From an uncultured Chloroflexia bacterium (lineage in GTDB: Bacteria > Chloroflexota > Limnocylindria > Limnocylindrales > CSP1-4): a DNA stretch of 64,000 nt. The translations under genes were made by a program, and so were the position numbers. The stretch is from positions 393,097-457,096 of the forward strand of contig CAVYBB010000003.1 in the NCBI GenBank assembly GCA_963766655.1, written 5' to 3'. Shown here piece after piece: positions 17,460-26,351 of this stretch. Positions within the stretch are counted from its first letter, which is position 1. Every line of letters starts with the position of its first letter. The notes under the pieces are model-generated. The model was given only the letters and a program-made list of their open reading frames with translations, was not told the origin of the DNA and did not search any database.

Positions 17460-18503
17460 ATGACCGCGGTTGCGCCACCACCGACGCCGGCGGCGCCGGA
17501 CGTCGAGGCAATTCCACCGTATGCCCGTGGCGCGGACGAGACCCGACCGGGGGGTGCCGGGTCCGCCGCGGCGATGCTCACCTGCGCAGGGCTCAGGAAG
17601 CAGTTCGGCGATCGGCTGGCCGTCGACGACGTTGGCTTCGAGATCCGCCATGGCGAGACGTACGGCCTGCTCGGCCCGAACGGAGCCGGCAAGACGACCA
17701 CGATCTCGATGATCTGCGGCCTCCTCACCAGGGACGGCGGTGAGGTCGTCGTCGACGGTCACGCGATCGATCCCGGCACGACCGCCGCGAAGGCGGCGAT
17801 CGGCTACGTCCCCCAGGACCTGGCAATCTATCCCGACCTGACGGCCCGCGAGAACCTCACGTTCTTCGGCCAGCTGTACGGACTGGGCGGGCGGCCGCTC
17901 CGGAGCCGGGTCGACGAGCTGCTCGAGGTCATCGCGCTCACCGATCGGGCCAAGGAACGGACGGAGCACTTCTCCGGCGGGATGAAGCGCCGGCTGAACA
18001 TCGCGATCGGCCTGCTTCATCGACCGCGCCTGCTCGTCCTCGACGAGCCGACCGTGGGCGTCGACCCGCAGAGCCGGAACGCGATCCTGGCCAGCGTCCA
18101 GGAGCTCGGCGAGGCCGGCATGGCGATCCTCTACACGACCCACTACATGGAGGAAGCCGAACGGCTGTGTCACCGGGTCGGGATCATCGACGAGGGCAGG
18201 ATCCGGGCGGAGGGCACCCGCCGCGAGCTCGTCGAGCTCGTCGGGCAACGCGACCGCATCAGACTGACTGCCAGCGGCGACCTCCAGGCCGCCGCGGCAG
18301 CCGCCCGCGGTCTGGCCGGCGTCCACGAGGCGACGACCAGGGATGGAGCCCTTGACCTGCTCGTCGACGACGGCCGCTCGCTGCTTCCCCGGTTGCTCGG
18401 GGCGCTCTCGACCGACGGGATCACGATTCGCTCGGTCGAAGTCATCGAGCCCGACCTTGAAGCCGTCTTCCTCCACCTGACCGGCAAGGCGCTGCGAGAC
18501 TGA
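17460..18503 (+). CDS. ABC transporter ATP-binding protein (DrrA/ABC-2 exporter type)
   Basis: ATG 17460 follows GGGAGGAAG. Walker A GLLGPNGAGKTT, signature FSGGMKRRL, Walker B LLVLDEPT, H-loop TTHYMEEA. The gene is intact. Confidence 0.9.
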   Translation: MTAVAPPPTPAAPDVEAIPPYARGADETRPGGAGSAAAMLTCAGLRKQFGDRLAVDDVGFEIRHGETYGLLGPNGAGKTTTISMICGLLTRDGGEVVVDGHAIDPGTTAAKAAIGYVPQDLAIYPDLTARENLTFFGQLYGLGGRPLRSRVDELLEVIALTDRAKERTEHFSGGMKRRLNIAIGLLHRPRLLVLDEPTVGVDPQSRNAILASVQELGEAGMAILYTTHYMEEAERLCHRVGIIDEGRIRAEGTRRELVELVGQRDRIRLTASGDLQAAAAAARGLAGVHEATTRDGALDLLVDDGRSLLPRLLGALSTDGITIRSVEVIEPDLEAVFLHLTGKALRD

Positions 18504-18504
18504 G

Positions 18505-19723
18505 ATGAGCCGAGCCGACGTTGCGCGCCGCCCTGACGATCGCGGTCCGGAGCCTCCGGCAGCGAATCCGCGACCGGTCCGCGATCCTCTTCGCGATCGT
18601 CATCCCGCTCGGGTTGGCGGCCGCCTTCTCGCTCCTCATCCCGAGCGGGACCGGCTTCCACGCCCGGTACGCCGTCTACGATGGTGACGGCGGGCCGGTC
18701 GCCACGACACTCGTCGATCACGTCCTCGGGGCGCTCGTCGAGACCGGCGTTGCCGACGTCACCCGGTCGCACCAGCGAGTCCGCCGCAGTCGGCATGCTC
18801 GACGATGGCGAGACCGAGCGCCGCCATCCTGATCCCCGCGGGCTTCTCGAAGGCCGTGGCGGACGGAACCGCCGACGCAGGTCCGGATCGTCGAGCATGC
18901 CCGACTCCCCGCTCGGTGCCCAGATCGCGACCGTCGGTCGTCAGCTGCGTTCGCCAACGAGGTCGGCGCGATCCAGCTGGCGGTCGTCACCAGCGCCGAC
19001 TGGCAGGCCGGGCAGCCGGTCGCCGGCGATGGACGCCGCGACCGTGGCAGCGATCCGCGAGCCGTGCCGAGCCCGATCGCGGTCGACCGATTCGACGCTC
19101 GAGCGGCGGCAGGCGACGACGGCGACGTTCTACGCGGCGGCAATGGCGATCATGTTCCTCTTCTTCGCCACGATCTACGGTCCGATCGGGCTGCTCGGCG
19201 AGCGACGACTCGGGACGCTGGCCCGTCTCCTGGCGGCGCCGATCCGGCCGGCCTCGATCGTCCTCGGCGCCTCGATCACGTCATTCGTCCTCGGGATCGT
19301 GTCGATGACGGTCCTGGTGGTCGGCAACGACGGTCCTCCTGGGCGCGAGCTGGGGCCCGCCGCCGCTCGTCGCCACTCCTCGTCCTCACCGCGGTCGATC
19401 GCAGCGATGGGCGTCTCGATCCTCGATCTGCACGCTCGCCCGAACCGCGGAGCAGGCAGCCGGCTGGAACGCGATGGTCGGCGATCACCCTCGCGATCCT
19501 CGGCGGCTCGATGATCCCGCTGGCACAGGCGCCGGAGATCCTCCACCAGCTCAGCCTCGTGACCCCGCACGCATGGTTCCTCCGGGCGATCGACTCGATG
19601 GCCGGCGCCGAGCGTCCAGTTCGCCGACATCGTGCCGTCGCTCGTCTTCCTCGCTCGGCTTCGGCGCCGTGACCGGGCGCGATCGGCCTCGCCCGCTCGC
19701 GCACCTCGCTGGTGGCCCGATGA
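18505..19723 (+). pseudogene. ABC-2 type permease, fragmented over all three forward frames
   Basis: Recognisable pieces occur in different frames. Frame of 18521: LTIAVRSLRQRIRDRSAILFAIVIPLGLAAAF. Frame of 18805: AAILIPAGFSKAVADGTA. Frame of 18681: TFYAAAMAIMFLFFATIYGPIGLLGERRLGTLARLLAAPIRPASIVLGASITSFVLGIVSMTVLVV. Frame of 19064: ITLAILGGSMIPLAQAPEILHQLSLVTPHAWFLRAIDSM. The terminal piece ends at a TGA overlapping the next ATG (19720..19723). Confidence 0.65.
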
Positions 19724-20890
19724 AGGCCACCGTCATCGCCCGCGCCAACATCGTCCGGATGCTCCGCGACCGGCTCGGCCTGTTCTTCATCTTCGTCCTG
19801 CCCGTGGTCATCATCGTCGTCTTCGGGCTCGCATTCGGCGGCGGCGGCGTCCGCAACGGTCGGCATCGCCGACGTCGACGGGAGCGCGCTGTCGGGGGAG
19901 CTCATCGCCGACGATCGATCTCGACCGCGGGCCCTCGAGATCCGCCGCTTCGCGTCCGCCGCGGACCTCCGGGACGCGGTCCAGCGCAACACCGTCGAGC
20001 ATGGGCGTCGTCATCCCGACCGGATACGACGCCGCGATCCGCTCCGGCGGCCCGGGGACCGCTCGAGTACATCTCCGACCCGAGGTCATCGCGAGCGCCG
20101 TCCGACCGATCGTCGACGCGGCCGTCGAACCGCCAGGCGGCGCTCATCGATGCGGCCCGGTTCGCGGCCGCGGCGCGCGGGATCGCGTTCGACGAGGCGC
20201 TCACCGATGCCCGCCGGCTCCAGCCGGAGGTCGGCGGCGTCACCGTCGCGAGCGAGTCGACCGGCAGGCGGCTCATCGCCGCCGGGATGAACGGCTACGT
20301 CATGGGCGCCCAGAGCCAGCTCGTGCTGTTCATGTTCCTGACGTCGATGACCGCGGCCACCCAGCTGATCGTGTCCCGCCAGCTCGGGCGTGTCGCGACG
20401 GATGTTCTCGACGCCGACGACGGCGCGCTCGATCGTCCTCGGGGAGATGCTCGGGCGATTCGCCGTCGCGATGATCCAGGGCCTCTTCATCTTCGTCGGC
20501 GACGGCGACGGTCTTCGGCGTCGCGTGGGGCGACCCGATCGCCGCGAGCGCGGTCATCGTCGCGTTCGCCCTCGTCGGCACCGGCGTCGCGATGCTCGTC
20601 GGGTCGAGCGCCACGAACCCGCAGCAGGCGAACTCAATCGGGCGTCGGCGCTGGCGATGCTCCTCGGCGCGTTCGGCGGAGCGATGGTCCCGCCCGAGGT
20701 CTTCCCCGACATCATGCGGACGGTGTCACACGTCACCCCGCATGCCTGGGCGATCGACGCCCTTCGCGACGTCGCGCTGCGTGATGCCGGCATCGGGGGG
20801 ATCCTGCCCCAGCTCGCGGTGCTGCTCGGCTTTGCCGGCGTCCTCTTGACGCTCGCGACCTTGCGCTTCCGGCGGGCAATCACCGCCTGA
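19720..20890 (+). pseudogene. Second ABC-2 type permease (paralogue), also fragmented by multiple frameshifts
   Basis: Pieces in different frames: MKATVIARANIVRMLRDRLGLFFIFVLPVVIIVVFGLAFGG; GVVIPTGYDAAIRSG; AALIDAARFAAAARGIAFDEA...YVMGAQSQLVLFMFLTSMTAATQLIVSRQLG; RMFSTPTTARSIVLGEMLGRFAVAMIQGLFIFVG; MLVGSSATNPQQANSIG; LAMLLGAFGGAMVPPEVFPDIMRTVSHVTPHAWAIDALRDV. Confidence 0.65.
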
Positions 20891-21091
20891 TCTGCGGAGC
20901 CTGCGGCAACGAAGTCCGACGGTCTCGTCGGCCCCTGCGGGCGGCTGGTCGTCGGATCGGCGCGGTGCGCGCCCGCACCATCAAAAGGTGGGTCCGGTGG
21001 CGATAGCGCCGGTTGAGACGGGCTCTCCGACGACCTGCCGACGTACGATCGCGCCCAGCACGGGTACCGCAGACCGTAGGAGGACGAGCTC

Positions 21092-21964
21092 ATGAGAGGA
21101 CTGACAGTGGTTCGACGCTCCCGGCGGCTGACCATCGGCATGGTCACGACCGTCGCGCTCTCGCTGGCACTTGCGGTCGTCGTCGTGGCGGCCGAGCCAG
21201 CCATCACGACCTTCACGCCGCGCTCCGCGAACCAGATCACGAACATCGACGTCCTGCGACAGCAGATCCGGAACTACTACGGCGATCCACTCGGGACCGG
21301 CGTCTTCGCCGCCGACGGCAACTACGCCCGCGAGGCGAGCGGGGTGGCCAGGGACGGCGCGCGCTGGCTCAAGGCAAAGGCCAAGGCCCACCACGGGCGC
21401 CCGTCGGGAATGCCGGCGATCGTCCTGGACGTCGACGACACGACACTCGCCACGTGGAACTACGAGATCTTCAGCAACTGGGCGTTCAGCTCGACGACGA
21501 ACGCGACATACGTCAACGGGCAGCTGTTCCCGGCCGTGCCCGGCATGGTCGACATGGTCACGAAGGCGAAGGCCGAAGGCTACGCCATCATCTTCCTGAC
21601 CGGCCGACCGGCAACACAGGAGCTGGCGACGCTCCAGAACCTCACGACCGACGCCATTCCGGCGCCGGACATCGACGCCGGCTACCCGGTGCCGACGACG
21701 CTGGTCAACGGCGAGGACGGCCTCTTCACGAAGCCGGCGATCGTGGATTACCCCCAGTACCTGCTTGACGCCTGCGCCGACGAGCTCGCGCTGACGCCGC
21801 AGAAGGCGTGCACGACGATCCACTACAAGTCGGCGACGCGCGCGCACATCGAATCGCTCGGCTACAACATCGTGGCCAATTTCGGCGACCAGTTCAGCGA
21901 TCTGAAGGGCGGCTTTGCGGACAAGACGTTCAAGCTGCCGAACCCGAACTACTTCCTCCCGTAA
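21092..21964 (+). CDS. Secreted HAD-superfamily class B acid phosphatase
   Basis: N-terminal signal/anchor (LTIGMVTTVALSLALAVVVVAA). HAD motifs IVLDVDDTTL, IIFLTGRP, GDQFSDL. C-terminal KLPNPNYFLP. Confidence 0.8.
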   Translation: MRGLTVVRRSRRLTIGMVTTVALSLALAVVVVAAEPAITTFTPRSANQITNIDVLRQQIRNYYGDPLGTGVFAADGNYAREASGVARDGARWLKAKAKAHHGRPSGMPAIVLDVDDTTLATWNYEIFSNWAFSSTTNATYVNGQLFPAVPGMVDMVTKAKAEGYAIIFLTGRPATQELATLQNLTTDAIPAPDIDAGYPVPTTLVNGEDGLFTKPAIVDYPQYLLDACADELALTPQKACTTIHYKSATRAHIESLGYNIVANFGDQFSDLKGGFADKTFKLPNPNYFLP

Positions 21965-22018
21965 CTCGAGCCTGGAGGTGGGTCGCGACCGGGAGCGCGA
22001 CCGGGAGCGTCACTGACT

Positions 22019-22046
22019 GCGGGACCGGGCGACCGCCCGGTCCCGC
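22019..22046. terminator. Perfect 13-bp GC-rich hairpin between convergent genes (candidate bidirectional terminator)
   Basis: GCGGGACCGGGCG-ac-CGCCCGGTCCCGC lies between the stops at 21964 (+) and 22096 (-). There is no U-tract. Confidence 0.4.
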
Positions 22047-22095
22047 TCCCTGGTCGGCCTCGACCGCCTGGCGCCCTCGTCGCCTCAGCCGGCCG

Positions 22096-22722
22096 TCATT
22101 GCACCGGCTGGCGAAGCATCGTCCGCAGCCGCTCGGGCGCGCTGGTCAGCGGGTTGCCCAGGTACAGCTCGTGATGGCGCCCGCGGAGATGGAGACCGGC
22201 CGCGGTCACGGCCTCGTGCAGGCGATTGATCGACGCCTGTTCGGCCGCGTACGGTCCGACATGCAGCACCTGCGCGACGCGACCCTCGTCGAAGGCCTCG
22301 ACGCGAAGGCTTCCGGCCAGGCCCGGATCCACCTTCGCGCGCCCGGCCGCGAGGGCACGTTCGATCTCGTCGCCGGTCGCCTCGTCCGGGATCGCGATGA
22401 GAAGCGTCCAGCGCCAGCCGCCGCGATCGCCGGCGAAGATATCGGTTAGGTCGGTCGCGCCGTCGACCGTCCACCACAGGCCCTCCAGGGGACCGACCTT
22501 CCTGACGATGCCCCGATCCTTGAGCGCGAACCGGAGCTTGTAGGCCGTCGTGTAGAGCCCGGGCATCCTGGGCGCGAAGGCGTCGGGGCCGGGAGCTCCA
22601 TCGCCGTCGATCATCACGAATCGGCGCCGGGGCAGCTCCAGGAAGCGGACCACGCCGGGAGCTCCCTTGAGCTCCGCCGCGCGGTCGGCAAGCCGCTCGA
22701 ATGCAGTGTCTGGATGTCCCAT
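22096..22722 (-). CDS. GyrI-like domain protein
   Basis: ATG 22722 (MGHPDTAFERL...). Motifs FLELPRRRFVMIDGDG, GPLEGLWW, FDEGRVAQVLHVGPY, HHELYLGNP. Confidence 0.7.
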   Translation of the reverse strand: MGHPDTAFERLADRAAELKGAPGVVRFLELPRRRFVMIDGDGAPGPDAFAPRMPGLYTTAYKLRFALKDRGIVRKVGPLEGLWWTVDGATDLTDIFAGDRGGWRWTLLIAIPDEATGDEIERALAAGRAKVDPGLAGSLRVEAFDEGRVAQVLHVGPYAAEQASINRLHEAVTAAGLHLRGRHHELYLGNPLTSAPERLRTMLRQPVQ

Positions 22723-22781
22723 CGGGCCACCGGCACCGTACCGGTCGCGCGCCGCTCTCGGTAGAGCCGAACGGATCAGAA

Positions 22782-23762
22782 TCAGTCCTGGTCGGCCGTC
22801 CAGAGCGTCCGCGTCCGCGCAGACGGGGTCATCTCGAGCGGCCCGTCGACCGGGACCCACCAGGCGGCGAGTCCGCGCCGGCGCGCGTGTTCGGCGATGC
22901 CCGTTCGGCCGTCGAGGAAGAGCACCTTGCTCCAGACCTCGGCCCAGGCCGGATCCGGACCCACGACCGTCACCGCCAGCAGGCCATCGCCCCCGGGTTC
23001 ACCGGTCCGCGGGTCGATCAGGTGATGGACCGTCCGATCGCCCAGCGTCCACGTCCTTCGCCGGACCGACGATGTCGCCACCGCTTCGCCTCTCGCCGTG
23101 ATGATGGCGAGTGGCTCCGCGTCACCCGCCGGATCCTCGATGCCGATCCGCCACGGGCCGTCCTCCGGCGGCGACCCGTCCACGACGAGATCGCCACCGG
23201 CATCCAGGAGGAACGCATCGAACCCGGATCGCCTGACGATCGCCGCCGCCCAGCGCAGGGCGAGGCCCTTGCCGATTCCGCCCAGGTCGACCGGCCGGGC
23301 AAGTCGAACGACGTCGCCCGGCAGGCGCTCGACGAGCCGGCCGAGGGGCTTCGGGGTCGCCGATCGACCGTCGTCGCCGATCGGGGATCCGTGGTCGCCG
23401 AGACGCTCGAGATCCGTCAGCACCCGTGGGTCGAACCGCCCGTTCGACATCCGGTGCGCGCGATCGCTTGCCGCCAACGCGATCATCAAGCGTCGCGACA
23501 CGGCCGATTCCCGGCCCTGTCCCGCCCGTCGATTGAGAACGGTGATCTCGCTCGTGTCGCGAAACCGGGACATCGCCTGTTCCGATTCGGCGAACTCCTC
23601 GCGGACGGCATCCCAGGTGCTCGTCGCTCGCCTCTCGGCGTCCGCCGTGTTGCCGGCACCGAGCGTGAGACGGAGCGGCGAGCCCATCGCCCGTGCCGCG
23701 AACGACAGCAGCCGCATCCCGGCCGGGACAGGACCGGCGCTGAGCGGCCGATCGGCGATCAT
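22782..23762 (-). CDS. apbE: FAD:protein FMN transferase (ApbE family)
   Basis: Motifs MSRFRDTSEI, NGRFDP, VDLGGIGKGLAL, GEAVATSS, HHLIDPRTGEP. The start overlaps the upstream stop as ATGA at 23759..23762. Confidence 0.85.
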   Translation of the reverse strand: MIADRPLSAGPVPAGMRLLSFAARAMGSPLRLTLGAGNTADAERRATSTWDAVREEFAESEQAMSRFRDTSEITVLNRRAGQGRESAVSRRLMIALAASDRAHRMSNGRFDPRVLTDLERLGDHGSPIGDDGRSATPKPLGRLVERLPGDVVRLARPVDLGGIGKGLALRWAAAIVRRSGFDAFLLDAGGDLVVDGSPPEDGPWRIGIEDPAGDAEPLAIITARGEAVATSSVRRRTWTLGDRTVHHLIDPRTGEPGGDGLLAVTVVGPDPAWAEVWSKVLFLDGRTGIAEHARRRGLAAWWVPVDGPLEMTPSARTRTLWTADQD

Positions 23763-24187
23763 CCGCCGGACGCGGCGGTCGTGGCGTGAGCCGGTGCAGG
23801 CTTGGCCTTGACCCGCGTCGTCGTCACCGTTCGCGTGACCTGCGGCAGGGGCGCGTGGGCCGGAAGTGCGCGCGCGGCCCCGTCCACCGCCGCGATCACC
23901 GTGGTGAGATCCGCCAGGCGCGTCTCGACGTCCGCCAGCGAGTCGCCCACCCGACCGTATGCCTGCGTCGCGCGCTCGTATGCCAGGGCGGCGCGGTGGG
24001 CGTCGTCCTCGAGGGAGCCGTGTTGCAGGGCGAGGGCGGCGATCGCCTGTTCCGTGGGCACACGGTCGTCGGCAATCGCCGCCTCTGCCCCCGCCTGGAG
24101 CGCGGTCACACCGGCAAGGCTCAACGCGTACGCGCCGACGGACAGACCCAGGAAGGCACCGACGTGGAGCCGTCGATGCTCAGTCAT
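23759..24187 (-). CDS. Hypothetical membrane-anchored helical protein
   Basis: Preferred start is ATG 24187 (MTEHRRLHVGAFLGLSVGAYALSLAGVTAL), which overlaps the upstream stop in ATGACTGA. The ORF itself opens at 24229. Ala/Leu-rich helical body and a Thr/Ala/Pro-rich tail. No family recognised. Confidence 0.5.
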   Translation of the reverse strand: MTEHRRLHVGAFLGLSVGAYALSLAGVTALQAGAEAAIADDRVPTEQAIAALALQHGSLEDDAHRAALAYERATQAYGRVGDSLADVETRLADLTTVIAAVDGAARALPAHAPLPQVTRTVTTTRVKAKPAPAHATTAASGG

Positions 24188-24668
24188 CGCCGTGCTCGCC
24201 CTCGTCCCCGTCGTGGTCATGGTGCTCATCCTCGCCCGATCGAGCCGCGGTCGGGGCCGGCGCGGCGGGCGCTGCCGCCGGCCTCGCAGCGCGGGCGGCC
24301 GCAGCCTGGGCGTTCCTGATCGACCGTTCGAGGGCGGCCAGCTTGGCCGCGGCCGCCTTGAGGCTGGCGCGCAGCTGATCGGCCTGCGTGGCGTCGGACG
24401 CGATCCGGTCCCGTGCCGCGTCGAGGGCCGTGGCGAGATCGCTCGATCCCGTCTCGAGCTCCACGAGCCGCGACTCGAGATCGGCCGATCGAGCCTGTTC
24501 GGCGGCGAGGGCCGCCTGGAGGCCCGCGATCGACGGCGGCTTCACGGCGAGTGGGTCGGCTGCTGCCGTCCAGTCCGCGGCAGCACGGACCGATGCCCCT
24601 CCGACGACGAGGCACAGGAGGACACCGAGCACGACGGCGGGACGGCGAATTCGGGTGGGGACGCTCAT
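24180..24668 (-). CDS. Hypothetical signal-anchored coiled-coil protein with an acidic His-rich C-terminus
   Basis: ATG 24668 follows GGAGG. N-terminal anchor PAVVLGVLLCLVVGGA. Heptad-like LQAALAAEQARSADLESRLVELE...LRASLKAAAAKLAALERSIRNAQ. Tail SGEDEHHDHDGDEGEHGDD. Confidence 0.55.
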   Translation of the reverse strand: MSVPTRIRRPAVVLGVLLCLVVGGASVRAAADWTAAADPLAVKPPSIAGLQAALAAEQARSADLESRLVELETGSSDLATALDAARDRIASDATQADQLRASLKAAAAKLAALERSIRNAQAAAARAARPAAAPAAPAPTAARSGEDEHHDHDGDEGEHGDD

Positions 24669-25462
24669 GGATTGGGGACCTCCTCTATCGACGACGCGAA
24701 CGTGGGCCGGGCGGCCCGCGAGACCCAGTAGCGGTAGGCGCCCGCGACGAGGACGCCGCCACCGGTGATGGCATAGAAGGCGAGGACCGCCATCGAGTCT
24801 GTGCCTGCCAGGAGGCCGTGCATCCAGGCAAGGATGAAGATCACGATGCTGAGCCGGTGGATCGTCAGCCAGACCCCTGGCGGCAGGAGCTTTGTATAGC
24901 GGGCGGTGAGTCCGGTTGCGAGCGTTGCCCACAGCGCCAGGGTCCCCAGGGCGACCGGCACGCTCCGATAGCTGGACAGGCCTGGGACGAACGCTCCGAT
25001 GGCGCTGACCCCGGCGTAGGGATCCGCGATGATGCTGACGATGTGAGCGGCGAGGAACGCCAGGACGAAGATCCAGGCATTCTCGTGCCACGGGAAGAGG
25101 CGTTTGGACAGGCGCCAGGTCGACTTGTTCGTCGGGTGGCTCAGGATCAGTCCGAACGCGATCTGGACCGTCAATAGCCCGAGGGCCACGAAGCCCGCCG
25201 CGCGCGACGCAAGCCAGATTCGCAGCTCGGCCTGGTGGGCGGTGGTCGCGGGAAGGATCTGGTCGGTGGCAGCCACGACGACGAGGCCGAGTGCCGCCCC
25301 GACCGCGAGGAAGCGTCCAGCCCCGAGGCGTCCGGCAGGACCCGCGGCACGGCGGACGGCGGCGACACGCCCGGGTATCCGCGCGGCAGGCGTTGCGGCC
25401 GTCGGCGCGGGACGGACGAAGGGGCGAGGCGAAAGCGTTGGTCGCGGCAGCTCAGCGTCCAT
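24665..25462 (-). CDS. Ferric-reductase-like transmembrane (bis-heme cytochrome b, MsrQ/FRD type) protein
   Basis: ATG 25462 follows GGGGAG. Six hydrophobic helices with two His pairs (FPWHENAWIFVLAFLAAHIV; TIHRLSIVIFILAWMHGLL). The upstream part of ORF 24665..25750 looks non-coding. Confidence 0.75.
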   Translation of the reverse strand: MDAELPRPTLSPRPFVRPAPTAATPAARIPGRVAAVRRAAGPAGRLGAGRFLAVGAALGLVVVAATDQILPATTAHQAELRIWLASRAAGFVALGLLTVQIAFGLILSHPTNKSTWRLSKRLFPWHENAWIFVLAFLAAHIVSIIADPYAGVSAIGAFVPGLSSYRSVPVALGTLALWATLATGLTARYTKLLPPGVWLTIHRLSIVIFILAWMHGLLAGTDSMAVLAFYAITGGGVLVAGAYRYWVSRAARPTFASSIEEVPNP

Positions 25463-25622
25463 GAACTCCCCGGCATGCGTGGTCCAGTACTGACTTGAGA
25501 CAGGCGAGGCCACGGAGGTTTCACCCGAACGGCGGCGATGTCTCGTTGTGACGGACGGCACTTGGCACGCCGCGAGCCCGCAGCCAGCATCTGTGCAGGT
25601 ATCGATCCGAAGGAGGCTCCCC

Positions 25623-26192
25623 ATGCATGTCCTCGTCGCGTACGCAACCCGACATGGAGCGACACAGGGGATCGCCGAGCGGATCGCGGAGACGCTGCGG
25701 GTGACCGGGCTCGACGCCGAAGCTCGACCGGCGGCATCGGTGACGTCCATGGCCGGCTATGACGCGTTCGTGATCGGAAGCGCCGCGTACATGTTCCATT
25801 GGCTGAAGGACGCCGCGGACCTCGTCCGCCGCAATCGAGCCGTGCTGGCCGACAAGCCGGTCTGGCTGTTCAGCAGCGGCCCGCTGGGCAACGAGCCGAC
25901 GAACGAGAAGGGCGTGGACCAGAAGCTCGCCGCGGTGCCGAAGGAGATTCCGGAACTCAGCGAGGCCGTGAAGGCCCGTGACCACCGGGTGTTCTTCGGT
26001 GTCTACGAGCGGGATCGCAAGCCGATCGGGATCGCGGAGCGGTTCATGTCGGTGATGCCCGCGGCCAGGGAGGGTCTCCCTGAAGGCGACTTCCGGGACT
26101 GGCAGGAGATCGAGACCTGGGCAAGGCAGATCGCTCGCGACCTCGACCACGTGAGCCTGCGGGCTGCGTCCCCATCAGCAGTCACGCACTAG
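25623..26192 (+). CDS. Flavodoxin-domain protein (HemG / Flavodoxin_5-like)
   Basis: ATG 25623 (MHVLVAYATRHGATQGIAERIA). Also FVIGSAAYMFHW and PVWLFSSGPLG. Confidence 0.75.
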   Translation: MHVLVAYATRHGATQGIAERIAETLRVTGLDAEARPAASVTSMAGYDAFVIGSAAYMFHWLKDAADLVRRNRAVLADKPVWLFSSGPLGNEPTNEKGVDQKLAAVPKEIPELSEAVKARDHRVFFGVYERDRKPIGIAERFMSVMPAAREGLPEGDFRDWQEIETWARQIARDLDHVSLRAASPSAVTH

Positions 26193-26351
26193 GGGCCCGC
26201 TCCTTCCGCCGCCTGCCGACGGCCGTTGGACAGTCCACCTGGCCCCTCCGAACGGACGGAACGGCAGTAGTCCGTGCCCCGTGGCCGGCCCGAGAGTTGG
26301 TGTCGGATTCGTCGTGACGACCGCGTTTGGCCCTGGGAGGTGGCCACGGAC

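Noticed and set aside
16605-18476. Upstream 620 codons of the 853-aa minus-strand ORF 15915..18476
   Set aside because: Only the last 229 codons look like a DUF385 oxidoreductase, and they have their own RBS and ATG at 16604. The rest is antisense to the receiver-like gene and the ABC ATPase gene.
21985-22012. Direct repeat GCGACCGGGAGC x2 downstream of the acid phosphatase gene
   Set aside because: There are only two short copies, adjacent to the terminator-like hairpin. There is no evidence of a larger repeat family within the window.
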